Assembly: GCA_963514005.1 (NCBI GenBank)
Contig: OY740786.1
Span: 23,870,001-23,934,000 of the forward strand
Length of the DNA stretch: 64,000 nucleotides
Direction of reading: 5' to 3'
Source: Raja brachyura
Taxonomy: Eukaryota
In this document: positions 1-13,233 of the stretch, piece by piece
Position numbering within the stretch: the stretch's first letter is position 1
Layout: every line of letters begins with the position of its first letter
The notes under the pieces: generated by a model
The model's database searches: none
What the model saw: the letters and a program-made list of their open reading frames with translations, nothing else
Told to the model about the DNA's origin: nothing
Made by a program: the position numbers and the translations under genes

Positions 1-500
1 TTATGCCTGTAAATTAATGGCCATTTAAATCCACTTACGAGTGGGTTTTAGTGGAATGCGGTGGATTGGAACATTGCGGTTAGCGGTGAAGTCGGGAGGA
101 AAAATACTGTTTGTTCATACATTTTATGGACCCCATTTCGCAACATGAAAATATTATTAAAGCCTCCCGAAAAACCAACTTTTAATATAAAAATAAACTA
201 TTTACCTTATTTTCTCCCCTACGCAAAATCCTTCCGGTTGTCGGTGCTCACGGCTTTTGAAGGTGATTTTTAAATTACTCTAGTTAATAAATAATTTAGA
301 GTAATTTAAAAATACCTTCATTCATGAAATGTCGGAGCAATTTTTATTCCGCAACGAATTCGCCCGACATTCATCGATTTTCCATGTCTGTTGAAAAACG
401 GCACTTTAAGCATGCCCCCCTCTGAAAGGCGTCAAAGTCGCGCACACGGGAGCGGCAGAACTGCAGCGCTGCTCAAGGTAAGTTTTGTAACATACCTACC
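1..500. mobile_element. Possible end of a TTAA-targeting DNA transposon (Kolobok- or piggyBac-like)
   Basis: A CpG-rich non-coding block ends ...CATACCTACC directly at TTAA (501-504), where the L2 fragment begins; the other end is outside the window. Confidence 0.35.
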
Positions 501-504
501 TTAA

Positions 505-733
505 GTCGAGACTTAAAACTCATCTCTACTCCCAAGCCTTTCTTGACGTCCTCTGAGCGAGGACTATATATAGTCATATAGTCATATAGCATATATATGT
601 ATGTAATGATGTTTGTATTTAATCTATGAACCACTGTTGTATAACGTTAGTACCTCCACCAATGTAAAGCACTTTGGCCAACGAGAGTTGTTTTTTAAAT
701 GTGCTATATAAATAAAAGTGACTTGACTTGACT
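505..733 (+). mobile_element. L2-type LINE 3' end
   Basis: Frame KSRLKTHLYSQAF resembles an L2 ORF2 C-terminus; TGTAAAGCACTTTG...AAATGTGCTATATAAATAAA and a (GACTT)n tail. Confidence 0.65.
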
Positions 734-774
734 GCTCTCCAGAGATGCTGCCTAACCCACTGAGTTACTCCGTT

Positions 775-1540
775 GAGGGTATAGTTTGTAGTGGGTTTTT
801 AACTGTGTATGTGTTGGGGGGCGGGGGGTGGGTGGGGGAAACTTTTAAATCTCTTCCCTGTACGGGGACCCGACCATTTCCCTGTTGGGACTCCGTTGTC
901 GTTGGGGCCTAGTACCGTGGAGCGGCCTCCAACCGGAACGACCTGGGGGCTCCAGTCACGGAGCCAGCGGAGCTGCGGACCTACCATCGCGGAGCTGGCC
1001 GGCTTCGTAGTGTGGAGAGCTGTGGTGGCACGCTGCTGCGGCCCAACTTCGGAGCTCAGAGGCTTCAGCTGCAGGTCCGGTGAACGGTGACATCGGGAGC
1101 TCGCGGGTCCCTGGTGGGAGACCGCTTTTCGGAGCTCCCGCAGCGGCAACTTCTCCCGCCCGAATTGCAGGGTTGAAAGTGACCTGGAGAAGGGCCTTAC
1201 ATCGCCCGGCACGGCTTAAACGGCCACGGGACTAGCTAGCGCCCGCCGGGGGCTCTAACATCAAGATCCGGAGCAGGGCCTTACACAGCTTTAAATGGCC
1301 GCGGGACTTGCTAGTGCCCGCCGGGGGCTTTGACTTTGACATCGGGAGAGAAATGGACAACAGGGGAGAGACAAGACTTTGCCTTCCATCACAGTGAAGA
1401 GGAGATTCACTGTGATGGATGTTTGTGTAAATTGTGTTGGTGTGTGTCTTGGTTCTTTTCTTGTTTTATGACTGCAGAAACCAAATTTCGTTTGAACTTC
1501 ATGTGAGGTTCAAATGACAAATAAATGGTATTGTATTGTA
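775..1540 (+). mobile_element. GC-rich non-coding retroposon-like element with internal duplication and LINE-like 3' tail
   Basis: CpG-rich body; duplicated unit GGGCCTTACA...TAGCGCCCGCCGGGGGCT (about 1191-1254 and 1276-1329); 3' hairpin TTTGAACTTCATGTGAGGTTCAAA, then TGACAAATAAA and a (GTATT)n tail. Confidence 0.55.
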
Positions 1541-1593
1541 TGTGTGTACATAAAGTGCTGGAGTAACTCAAGAGAATCCAACTTAGATGTATT

Positions 1594-1950
1594 AAGAAAC
1601 TACAGATGCTGGTTTGTACCGAAGGTAGTCGCAAAGTGCTAAAGTAACTGAGCGGATCAGACAGCGTCTCCTGAGGAATATGAACAGATGACATTTCGGG
1701 CTGCCACCCTTCGTGGTCTGATCATTCTGAAGAAGAGTCCAAATCTGAAATGTCACATATCCTTTTTCTCCAGAGATGCTGCCTGACCCGCTGAGATACT
1801 CCAGCACTTTGTGTACATCTTCAGTTTCAACCAGAATCTGCTGTTCCTTCCACCACCTATCCATGTTCTCTAGAGATGCCGCCTAGCCCGCTGTGTACTC
1901 CAGCACTTTGTGTCCATTTGGGTAAACTGGCATCTGCAGTTCCTTGTTTC
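1594..1950. mobile_element. Palindromic copy of the same family (1594-1851) plus an adjacent partial copy
   Basis: The left arm AAGAAACTACAGATGCTGG...GATGACATTTCGGG is the imperfect reverse complement of the right arm CTGAAGAAGAGTCCAAATCTGAAATGTC...CAGAATCTGCTGTTCCTT. Confidence 0.75.
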
Positions 1951-2199
1951 TCCTCCCTTTCTCTCCAATCTCTCCTTATAACTACATCCCTCAATTCCAT
2001 TTGTCAGTCGCAATATCTTGTGCACAAAACTGTGCTACCTCCTAATCTGTCCCTCAGATTATTCTCTAACAACAGCCAGCTCAGGCTTAATCATTAATCT
2101 TAATCAACACTTAATGACCAAACATCCAATTAAATTGACTGAGGGGTCAGTATTGGCACCAGGAAAGGCAACCTACTCTTCACTGAAAGACTGTTTTCA

Positions 2200-3960
2200 G
2201 GAGTCAAGAGAGTTTATTGTCATGTGTCCCAGATAGGACAATAAAATTCTTGTTTGCTGCAGCACAACAGAATATTGAAGGCATAAATACAGATCAGATC
2301 AGTATGTCCATATACCATAGAATATATACATATACACATAAATAAACAGATAAAGTGCAATAGGCTGTTATAGCTCAGAGTTTGTTTGAAGTTGTGTTTA
2401 ATAGTCTTATGGCTGTGGGGAAGCAGCTGTTCCTGAACCTGGATGTTGCAGATTTCAGGCTCCTGTACGTTCTACCTGATGGCAGCGGAGAGATGAGTGT
2501 GTGGCCAAGATGGTGTGGGTCCTTGATGATGCTGGCAGCCTTTTTGAGGCAGCGACTGCGATAGATCCCCTCGATGGTAGGGAGGTGATGATGGACTGGG
2601 CAGTGTTTACAACTTGTTGTGGCCTTTTCCGCTCCTGGACGATCAGGTTGCCGTACCAAGCCACGATGCAACCGGTCAGCATGCTCTCTACTGTGCACCT
2701 GTAGAAGTTCGAGAGAGTCCTTGACATACTGACTCTCCGTAATCTTCTCAGGAAGTAGATGTGCTGATGTTCTTTCTTTATGATTGCACCAGTGTTCTGG
2801 GACCAGGAGGGATCTTCGGAAATATGCACGCCCAGGAATTTGAAGTTCTTGACCCTTTCCACCATCGACCCATTGATATAAACGGGACTGTGGGTCCCCA
2901 TCCTACCTCTTCTGAAGTCCACAATCAGTTTCTTGGTTTTGCTGGTGTTGAGAGCCAGGTTATTGTGCTGGCACCATTTGGTCAATCGGTCAATCTCATC
3001 TATAATCTGACTCGTCCCTATCAGTGATACGTCCCACAACAGTGGTGTCGTTGGCAAACTTGATGATGGAGTTCACACTATGTCCAGCTGCACAGTCATG
3101 AGTATAGAGTGAGCACAGCAGGGGGCTGAGCACGCAGCCTTGAAGTGCTCCCGTGCTGATTGTTATCGAGGATGACACATTTTTACCAATACGGACAGAC
3201 TGTGGTCTGTGAATGAGGAAGTCGAGGATCGATTTGCAGAGGGATGCACGGAGACCCAGATCTTAGAGCTTGGTAACCAGCTTGGAGGGGATTATGGTAT
3301 TAAATGCCGTGCTGTAGTCATTGAATAACAGCCTGGCATATGAGTTTTTTGTTGTCCAAGTGGTCCAGAGTGGAATGGAGAGCCAGTGAGATCGCATCCA
3401 CCGTTGATCTGTTGTGGCGGTAAGTGGGTCCAGACTTTGTTGAGGTATGGGGGGTACACAAAAGGCTGGAGAAAATCAGCGGGTGCAGCAGCATCTAAGG
3501 AGCGAAGGAGATAGGCGACGTTTCGGGTCGAGACCCTTCTTCAGATTCTTTAACACTTTGTTGAGGTATGAGTTGATTTGCACCATGACCAGCCTTTCAA
3601 AGCACTTCAACACCACAGACGTTAGTGCCACTGGTCAATAGTCATTGAGGCACGTCACCTTGCAATTCTTGGGCACCGGTATTATTCATGCCTTTTTAAA
3701 GCAGGTGGAAACCTCAGACATCAGAAGTGAGAGGTTGAAAATGTCCGTAAAAACTCCAGCCAGTTGGTCCACACAGGTTTTTAAAACACGCCCGGATATA
3801 CCATCAGGCTTTCCAAGCATTCACCCCTCTGAAGGATCTTCTGAGTCAGCCTCTGTGACTGTGACCAAAATACCATCACGGCGAATGGGGTTCGGCAAGG
3901 CACATCAGTGTTTTCTCTATCAAAGCGTGCGTAAAATGCATTGAGCTCATCAGGGAGATT
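2200..3960 (-). mobile_element. Decayed non-LTR retrotransposon, Rex1/Babar-like RT and 3' end
   Basis: [80 protein letters not shown]; 3' end ATGACAATAAAC near 2213; many stops and frameshifts. Confidence 0.88.
3450..3554 (-). mobile_element. Short Penelope-terminal-repeat-derived insert with hammerhead core (3517-3544) and 16-bp TSD
   Basis: Flanked by ACTTTGTTGAGGTATG at 3434-3449 and 3555-3570; 3452-3545 matches 47774-47867 at 92 of 94 positions by eye; it interrupts a LINE. Confidence 0.88.
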
Positions 3961-4317
3961 TAGTCCCTCTGAGGGGCCAGACTAGGCAATTTTTCATCCA
4001 ACAAAATGTAAGTGCATTACATCTCAAATATAAAAGTCGTCGCCCACAACTGAGAAAGATTGAGAAAAGAATTGGAATATTGCAACAATTTTTGTTGATC
4101 TTGGTCTACACTGGAATTATTCATTGTGTATGTGTAAGACTCAGAACAAGTCTCAACATACCGAGCGAACACATGATACAACAAGGCTATGTCAACTTAA
4201 CCTTATTGAAAGGAACATTACATGGCAATGCGCTGAAAGAAAGAAAATCCTGCTGCTGTTCTACAAGCCTAAGGACAATGGAGCAAAATATTCTATAAGC
4301 TATTGTCATCCTTAGGT

Positions 4318-4725
4318 TATAGGGTCATACAGCATGGAAGCGGGCCCATCGGCCCAACTAGCACACACCAGTCAAGATGTCCTAACTACACTAGCCCCAC
4401 CTAGCTTTTGTAATATCTTTCTAAACCTTTCTTATACCTGTCCAAATGTCTTTTAAATGTTGTGATAGTACCTGCCTCAACTACCTCTTCTGGCAGATCA
4501 TTCCATATTCCCTTTGTGTGAAATGCCCCTTGGGTTCCTACTAAACCACCCCCCCCCCCCCCCCCCCCTTCACCTTAACCCTATGGTTCTTGATTCCCTT
4601 CCTCTGGATAAAATATTCTGTGCATTTACCTTAACTATTCCCCTCATGATCGTATACTCATCTATAGGATCGCCCCTCATTTTCCTGTGCTCCTAGGAAT
4701 AGTGGCCTAGCCTATTTATCCTCTA
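4318..4725 (-). mobile_element. CR1 LINE 3' fragment
   Basis: Reverse complement of a CR1 ORF2 end and 3' UTR (GAGGTAGTTGAGGCAGGTACTATCACAACATTTAAAAGACATTTGGACAGG). Confidence 0.75.
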
Positions 4726-5637
4726 GCCTCAGCACCATCTACAAGCTGCATTGTTGCAAAATGACAACCCTCTCTGCACCACTTCTTTCAACGTTTATCA
4801 CTTGAAAGGACAACTCGTGCTGCTACCACCTGTAGGTTTGCCTCCTTGTCACACATTGTTCTGAATATGGAGTATATTGCATTCCTTCACTACTGCTGAG
4901 TCAAAATGGAGGCACTCCATACCTAACTGCATTGTGGGCTTTCCCTCGCCATGTGTGTTGCAATGACTTACGGGTCAATTAGCATTAATCATTAATGAAA
5001 CCTTGTTATTGGCACTCAAGCCCTGCAAATTAATAAAGCCTTTTATTGACTGCTCAAGTGCGAATCTGTTAACAATCATGTGTACAAACATATTGAAATA
5101 CTGACATTTTAAAAACAAATTCCAATCTTCACATATCTTAATGCACTTTATATTTCCTTATCTACCACTACCCATATATTTTGCCTTGACCACCATTCCT
5201 GATGACACATCCTCTCATCTGCTCTCTATAACACAGACGTTCCTTGCTTTATGCTTTTTTTTAGCTTCCCTACTCAGCAAATGCCTAAAATAAAATGGAT
5301 TCTTATATTTTCTCCAATTACAGTGACAGACCATCAACAATAATTAACTCTGTTTCTCCCTCCATATATGCTGGTTGACTTGTTGAGTATTTCCTGAATT
5401 TTCTGATTTTCTTCCAACTATACCATTATTGCAATGTATTGCGTTTGAACTGACATTGTTATGTAGCTACACTTTTCAAACAATAGTGGTGATCTAATTT
5501 AGACTTCAGCCACAAGCCTTAACATATTTCATAAAGCCACATGAAATCCGAAAATAAATGCACCATTTTATCCTGGCCAAAAATAGAAACTCTAGAATGC
5601 AGCATTAGTCAGTTGGTGAGCATTCACAAAAGCTGGT

Positions 5638-5830
5638 GAGTATGTGGAACACTCTGCCAGAGGAAATAGTAGGGGCAGGTACAAATACAACTTTTAAAAG
5701 CCATTTGGACAGGGACATGGATAGAAAAAGTTTAGAGTGATATGGGCCATGCGCAGGCAAATGGGATGAGCACGGACAAGTTGGACTGAAGGGCCTACCT
5801 ATGTGCTGTATTCCTCTGTGAATCCATGAC
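5638..5830 (+). mobile_element. CR1 LINE 3' fragment
   Basis: TGGAACACTCTGCCAGAGG...TTTAAAAGCCATTTGGACAGG...GGACTGAAGGGCCT. Confidence 0.7.
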
Positions 5831-7634
5831 CAATGTGATGCCCATCAAATTGTCAACCATTAATGTTGTGTTTTTCTAGATGTCACACGTACAAATGTCT
5901 TCAAGAGGGCTAATAATTGTTATTTGTATTGTCAATTTAAAGAAAGCAATCAATCACATAAAGGAAATGTCTCGCACAGAAGAAGGCTATTCGGCCCAGA
6001 TGTTGCACGCTTGGATTCATTCTCCCTACAAGCCTCTTCTCATCTTAATTCAACTCACCTTCTTCCTACCTATTGTTGTTTTCGCTTCCCCCTACATGTA
6101 TTTGTGTTATTGTCACATATCATTTGTTGCAGCGAGTTTTGGGTTTATCACAAGCAATTACCCTTAACTAAAAGTGCCAGTTATCCCAAATGTACTCGAG
6201 GAGGTAGAAGCACTACAACAACAAAAAACAGTCAATTCCTTAATGCGGCATTTTGGGGTTTTATGGGTCCATTGATAATACTTAAGTGTTCACAGCAGAT
6301 TACATTATAAACATAAAATACGAATATTTTTAAAGGCTGAATATTTCTCTTGCAGCGCCTCCTTTGCCATAGGGGGAAATAAGATCTAAAAAACTGCGGT
6401 GGGGATTGGAGAGAAGGCGAACTCTTTAGCCAGCAAACCACGCTAGTTGTTTTTTATTTAATTTCCGTCAGTTTTCCTTTTCGTGTCTTGTTGAGATCTA
6501 GTTTCACGGACGTCCCCGATGATTTCGGTGATCCCGACTATTCGGTTTGACCCGATGTAAAATAAAATTCGGTTTTACACTAAACTGGAAAGAGGTTTCA
6601 TAATTAAAACGTAGTTGTATAGTCGAACAGTCTGCCCCGAAGTATTGAACGTCACACTCAATGACAATTGTACAAAAGTATTGGATTGCAAATAACACAT
6701 TAAATCTTATAGCTTCGCTATGAATAATCCTTCTCGCGCTGCAAGCTGTACAAATAGCAGGTTCTATTAATAAAACTCTTTTTGGTGCTTAATACATTTG
6801 GTTTAAATCCCTGCATTGTTCTCTGAAGTTAAAACAAATAACAAAAGAAAATAGAGAAAATGTGCTTGCAGTTAAGTATAGAATTGTTATATTAATTCTC
6901 CAATATTGATTAAATGCGATAACATCAGCAAATCCTGTTTCGATAATGTAGAATATATATTTTTCAGTTTCGGCTTAGAAAATACATTTTTTGCAAGAAA
7001 CGCATCAGGAGGAGTTAGCTTTACAAATTCAAGTCTGACAATATGTTTCTAGATTAGAACTGGCATAGGAAAGAAAATGTGTAAAATATGATTTACTGGA
7101 CCGATATGTTTCTCGTAGCAAGCATGTATTTGAATACGTCTTGATCATCTATTTGTGAAGAATGCGATCTCGTATATCCAGATTTAGACAAGATAAGCAA
7201 GGCGAAAAGAATTAAACTCTTTTTCAAAAATCAACACTGTGAGTTTGCCTTGTTACTGAAGCAAAGAAAAAAGCGCTATGTCCACACCTTTCCAGTCTAT
7301 TTTTGGCCCGGAGTTTTTCCAACAACAATCATCAAATACAATGAAAGCTCGGCCGGAGAATGACCGAGACATTACTGGAAATAATAGCCACACAAAGCAG
7401 CTGAGCGGGGGTTGCCGCTAAAGTCTGTCATCTGAAATCGCAATTCGGCCACTTAAAATCCATGTGGACGTTTTGGCACACAAAAAAGAGGAACTCTCGA
7501 GAACAAAAAAAAAAGAAAGTGCAAATTATCAGACAGACCATTAAAATAGAGTCTTCTTTCCGCAAAGTAGCCGGCTAAATTTAGAAAACCATCTCACATT
7601 TCTTACATAGAAAGGATACTGTTCTAAAATGTGT

Positions 7635-7757
7635 AAGAAGGAACTGCAGATGCTGCTTTAAACCGAAGATAGACACAAAAAGCTGGAGTAACTCAGCGGA
7701 ACAGGCAGCATCTCTGGAGAGATGAAATGGGTAACGTTCCGGGTCGAGATCCTCCTT
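7635..7757 (-). mobile_element. Degenerate copy of the Penelope-terminal-repeat family
   Basis: AAGAAGGAACTGCAGATGCTG...GGAGTAACTCAGCGG...AACGTTCCGGGTCGAGATCC. Confidence 0.75.
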
Positions 7758-10700
7758 ATAACAATTACTTTGAAAGCATGTATTTGTGTATTATAAAATG
7801 TGAACATTAGGGCACCAAGATCGCTGAACAGCATATTTCACGGATTTCCAATAAATATGTTAACCAGATTAAAGTCCGGCGCGTGAGATAGTACGTATTA
7901 CAGATAAATAAATTGCATCAACGATTTTGTTTGCTCTCTGGCATTTATTTGCAATACGTCTTTGTCTAAGGGGGTGTTTGATTCTTGTTGCGAACAGCCA
8001 AAGCCAGCCGCACACATTGCCGCAACTGAACTTGTTGATTGGCATTTATTTTCCGCTTGTTTTCAAGACTGACCATTGACCATCCCGCCCCATTCCGAAA
8101 CAGTAACAATTTTAGACAGTTTAACTGAACAAAACTATTTAAAAAAACAAAGGATTCGAAAGGTGGATTTACAGTGTCAAGAGATATAAGCACATTTTAG
8201 CAACTGCTTCAGAGACATTAGATGAAACTCTATGCTCTTGTTAGTTATTGTCGATTTGATTTCAATTCGAATAAAATATGAAATCGTTCTTTAAATTCTC
8301 CTAGCAATATGTCTGTTGTGGAATGAGTACATCATAAGACCGTAAATGTTCTAAACGTCGGAGATTTTCCAGTGAACTGTGTATGTATCTCGTGTGAAGG
8401 AAACTGGCCGTTTCACTTCACACTGTGTTAGGGAGATCAGAATAGCACTGAAAATATATTATTGGAGAAAATTAAGGAAATCCTCATTTTTTTGGAAATG
8501 TGTCTATCGTGTTAAAATGTGAACCACAGCGTGGCCATCAGTGATAAGCTCAGCTGTGCGCCTGAGAATGGTCTGAAGCATTTAAAACTCCGTCGCCAGA
8601 ATCCGTTCATGATTCTTGTGTTAGAATCATAGTCGGCAAACAATGGCATCCAAATTGTGATTCAGATTTCATTTGATTTTCGCGTCGTCGCATTCACGAA
8701 ATGAAAATGTCCTGTGGTCTGACAAATATAATCGGGAAACATATTTTTCGCTTTGCAATGGAAATTCGGGCATGGCGGGGTTCTCGCCTTATCTATGCCA
8801 GTTCGCCGAGAGCAAACTGCGAGAAACTTCAGCCCGAAACTAAGTAACCATCCTGACTAATTCACCTTATTATGAAATGCTGGTGCACCGGAGTGCTTGC
8901 ACTCAGAAATTCAATGTCAAGTTAATTTGGAAGCGGAGCGATTTCCCACCACCAAGCTTTGTAACTTGAGCGAATCGCGGAAAATACTGACTAGTAACCT
9001 GTAATTTGTCAATTGAATATCTGTACTTACGTCTGATTAAGAAAAACGCAATGTGCTGGTTATTTATAAAATATATGATCAACTGCAAAATCTGTATCAA
9101 TTTCTGCTATTTACGCTGTCAATTTCACTCATTTTAAAGGTACGAGCACGAACGCTGCAAATATAATTGCCGTAAAACTACAGATAATTGTAGCAGAAAC
9201 AGTGAATGTGAAATGTTTAAACATGTGAACAAAGTTCCTTACATTCAAAACAGTGCGACATGGTCAGTGTAAGTAAACATCTTTGTTCAAAATGAAACGA
9301 AGCGTACGGGCAATATCAACGTCAAAGAAACGCAATCTACCTGTTGCACAGGCAATTACTTTTTTTTTCATAGCTAAATGTCTATCTGTACCATTATATG
9401 TGTAACAACTTATAACAAAATATAATCAAATGCCTGGATGGAACGAGAATTCCCAGACGGGTCTCGGGTTAGTGTTCTGTGCACCTGATACTTTGAATTG
9501 GGCGTCAAGTATTGAACGATCCTCGAATTTTAAAATATGTAGTTTACTGTATGTGTTTCGAGAAAAATAGTAGAAATCCGAGCCATCCTCCACAAAGGAT
9601 TATTCTGGACTCAATATAATCGGATAATTAAATCTGCTCTGACGTTAAAATCATCAGAATCTCTTCAACCTCCGATCATATCGCCCTTTTTCTATCTTGT
9701 ATCAATATCATAACAGCTTGTGTCAGGAGTGATCAGATAGCTGGACACGGCGAGGGGTTGGCCTTTGACTCCTACTGTAGTCGTCAGATCACCACCATCA
9801 TCACTATTTACTCCATCAACATTATTCTGGCCGTTTTTCATCTTCATAATCATCCTTATTTTTTTCCGCATCCCCGGTGTCAACGGAAGTTTTTTTAGCC
9901 CTCCTTCAACGATCGAAAGATTTTCTTAATTCACACAATCGACGCAGAGTAATACCTTTTTGCGACGAACCTTTGTCACATTTTAATTAACGAGTGGCGA
10001 TTGCATAATAGAGTAGTCAAAGAGATTAATTTATTTTCCAAGGAAAATAATTTGTACGCTAACGAACACAAGCTTGTGATCATTTTAATTGGTGGAACTT
10101 CAGTAACCAAATTACTCCCACTCTCACACTTTGATCGACACAAGTACATAGTAAGCCATTAATGTAAAACAGAATGAACCATCGCTAATCCTGTAATAAA
10201 TGCAGTCATTAGCTTATTATTAATTTTACTCATGGGTAAATACGTGGAAAACTGGAAATATGAATGAACAATATAATTTGAATATTGCCTTCTAAGTTTG
10301 CAGGAACGCTAGAGTAGCTGAAATATTAAAAGTTATATCCAGAGCTATAACATTACTCCACATCCTACCAATACGACGTAATATCGATTCGTACCTAGTC
10401 AATCCCTAAAGAACAGTTAACTATAATAGTGGGCAGTTTCATTTGGATTAATACTTGCAATTTTACTTCCAATATTAATACATAATACTTTGCAATTATA
10501 TTTCCCCGTGTGCGTGTGAACAAGAGATATACAATGTCAATCTTTCTCATATATATTATCGAGTTCTTAATTGTATGACTCTGGGCTGCTTTGCACAGGT
10601 GATGAAAACTGTCGTAGTTGACAATCTAGGTTCCAAATCACTGTACGATTCCTTCCCTTTGCTGACCTTTTATATAACTTTATTATGCGAAATTATGCTT

Positions 10701-13227
10701 TACTACCCATTGGAATCCCGTTTAACAAACATATAAAAAATATTGTATTGGATAACAAAACTTGATCGATAGTCGGAAAATAACGCGCAAATTGCGTTCA
10801 TTGGCATTTGATAAATACACCAATGTTAAAGATATTTTTTCAAAATATAGATTTGTTTAGCGTCTTTAGAATCCCAGCCTTTGAAATGCCCGTTTGGGGT
10901 ATGTACCTCAAGCTGATTCATTGTAGAATGCAAATATATCTAACTGTAAGATATACACAAAGTCACTTCAACCCACCTCATCAATTGTGGTTCTCAATGT
11001 AACGTTAACCCAATATTGTTAATCATTAATAGCAGGGTCAATTGAATTATTTCTTAAAATTGCCTTATAACTTTGAAACGTACCATAAAATCTGCCGATT
11101 CGAGAGCCACAATTGAATGTTTATTAGGGTAGCTTTATAATTTATGAGCTGCCATTTCGATTGACAGGAACTCGCCATATCCCTCTGTAATTATCAATAC
11201 AGCAGTCACTCTGCCCTCAGGTGGGTCTCTATCGGTAATTTATAGACCATTTAATGATCTCTTTATAAGATTATATTGTAACGTTGTTTCAGCGTTATCA
11301 TCACTGGTGATGTTGGACTGTGAGAAACACAACTGGTAGTTTCAGACACCTTGTTCCCTTGAAAGCGCTGATTATCCGATTTCAAATTCTATTCCCTTCC
11401 AAAATCTTTGTAACCTCTGCATATTTAAACAATAAAAGTTAGTTCACCGATAAGCATGTCCCAGTTTAATAGCTTTCGTGTAATTGAAAACTATTGACAT
11501 TTCCGCGTTATTCTCAGTTGTATCACATTTACAGTCGCTTTTAAGATTCATTTTACGTCTCAATTTGTCTTCGTGTCGGTCCCAATATATATTTTGCCAA
11601 TAAATAACGCGGTCAGGATTTCCGTCTGCGCTTTTAGCCAAAACCTGTCACTAGACATCGAAGCAAACCGAACAAAAAGGTACATAAATTTCCCAGCAAG
11701 TTGATCTTGGCATAAACTCTTGATATTTATTTGGTGGTGTTGGAAGGTGTGACGTGGGAAGCATTTAGTGTGCAACGTTGCTACCTAACTAACCTGTAGT
11801 GGAGCCGCACCAGCCTCTTGCTAACGGAAACGCTCTAAACGCAACGCACATGTACAGAAAATAGAGGAGCGGTGAGACGGAACAACTCTGTTTAAACGTG
11901 TGACATGCGACTCCATAATGTAAACAATGAACGAGAATAGCCCCGAGTGAGGTAAAGTCAAGTTCAAGTGCCTCCGATCAAAACCTCGTTTGTCTTGGCT
12001 TGTGGTCTTGTTCACTCAAACAAGTCCTTGTTTGTTTTTGCTTCCCAAATCTACCACATCAAGTTTCTGTGCTCTCAAATAATTTAAAAAAACGTTTATT
12101 TGTTTTGTTGTGCTTTTCAGACTTACAGAAATGATGTTGAAACCTGACGTATAATGTATTCTCTGCCCGTGGGCAATCCACAGTGCTGACTGCGAGGGGA
12201 GAAACTGCTTGCTGTGTGTTTTATGCGAGTGTGCTCGTTTCAAGGACAGGGCGGAAGTTGAACGTGTTTGAACTTACTTTCCTTCGGTCGTCGCCGTCAG
12301 TCTGAGAGCGTAAACAAGAACCCGCGAGGTTGTTTTGTTTTGTTTCGCCGCCAAATGTGCGCCCGTGTAATTGAAAAAAGGGAAACGCGGGTAGCATTTC
12401 CACTTTTTAATAAGTATCATAAACCGCTCCACAGCTCCTGCTCCTGATCTTTTTCTTGTGTTCCAATTGGAAAGCGTATGGAAATAAATCCCACATTTTC
12501 CTCTCAGACTATGTAACAAGTAGCAGATGCGGCGTTTAATCGGATTTTACAGTGAATACATAACCTCCCCCATGCCAGTAACCTAAACTTAAAACTGAGC
12601 CCATTCCTTGCCGTCAGCCAATATGAAAACGAAAACACTTCTTATACTTCTCTGGTTTTGTAACTGGGCGATAATGAATTCCACCACTATTTCCATCCAA
12701 TTGTGAACATTCTTATGTTTTAGCAATTCCACATGCAGGAACTAATTAACAGTGACTGAATCCCGCCCCCGCGTCCCCACTCTCCCTTATGATTATAAAA
12801 CAATCCCACCGTTTTATACAAATTGACATTACTGACTTGTTTTCAAACCCATGTTTCAGACCAAACAACCGTCCAAAATAAAACATCCGATAAGTCATGA
12901 AATCGCCAATTCCCGCTGTGAAAGAAAATGTGCGTGAATATTTACTCGGATGGGTAACAGGTAAATTAAACAAAAATAAAATTAATTGAAATCTGCCCGA
13001 GGTGCTGAAGGCAAGTTGGTTCACCATTCTGTGTGTTTGCATGGACTTTAAGGAAACTGTTGATGGTTGACAGCGACATCTCTCCCCCAATCTATTATAA
13101 ATTATATGGAGTAGCATTCAGCGAAGTGGCTGAGTAGAACGCCAACAAATGGAACATAGACCAAAAGCAGCGAGGAATTAACAGGGCCTAAAATAATAAC
13201 GATATCAGCGAATACACCTGAACACGT

Positions 13228-13233
13228 TTTATT
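13228..13233 (-). terminator. Candidate ZIC2 polyadenylation signal AATAAA
   Basis: TTTATT on the plus strand about 870 nt past the stop, at the end of an AU-rich 3' UTR-like tract with a Pumilio element (TGTAAATA, 13452-13459, minus). Confidence 0.5.
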
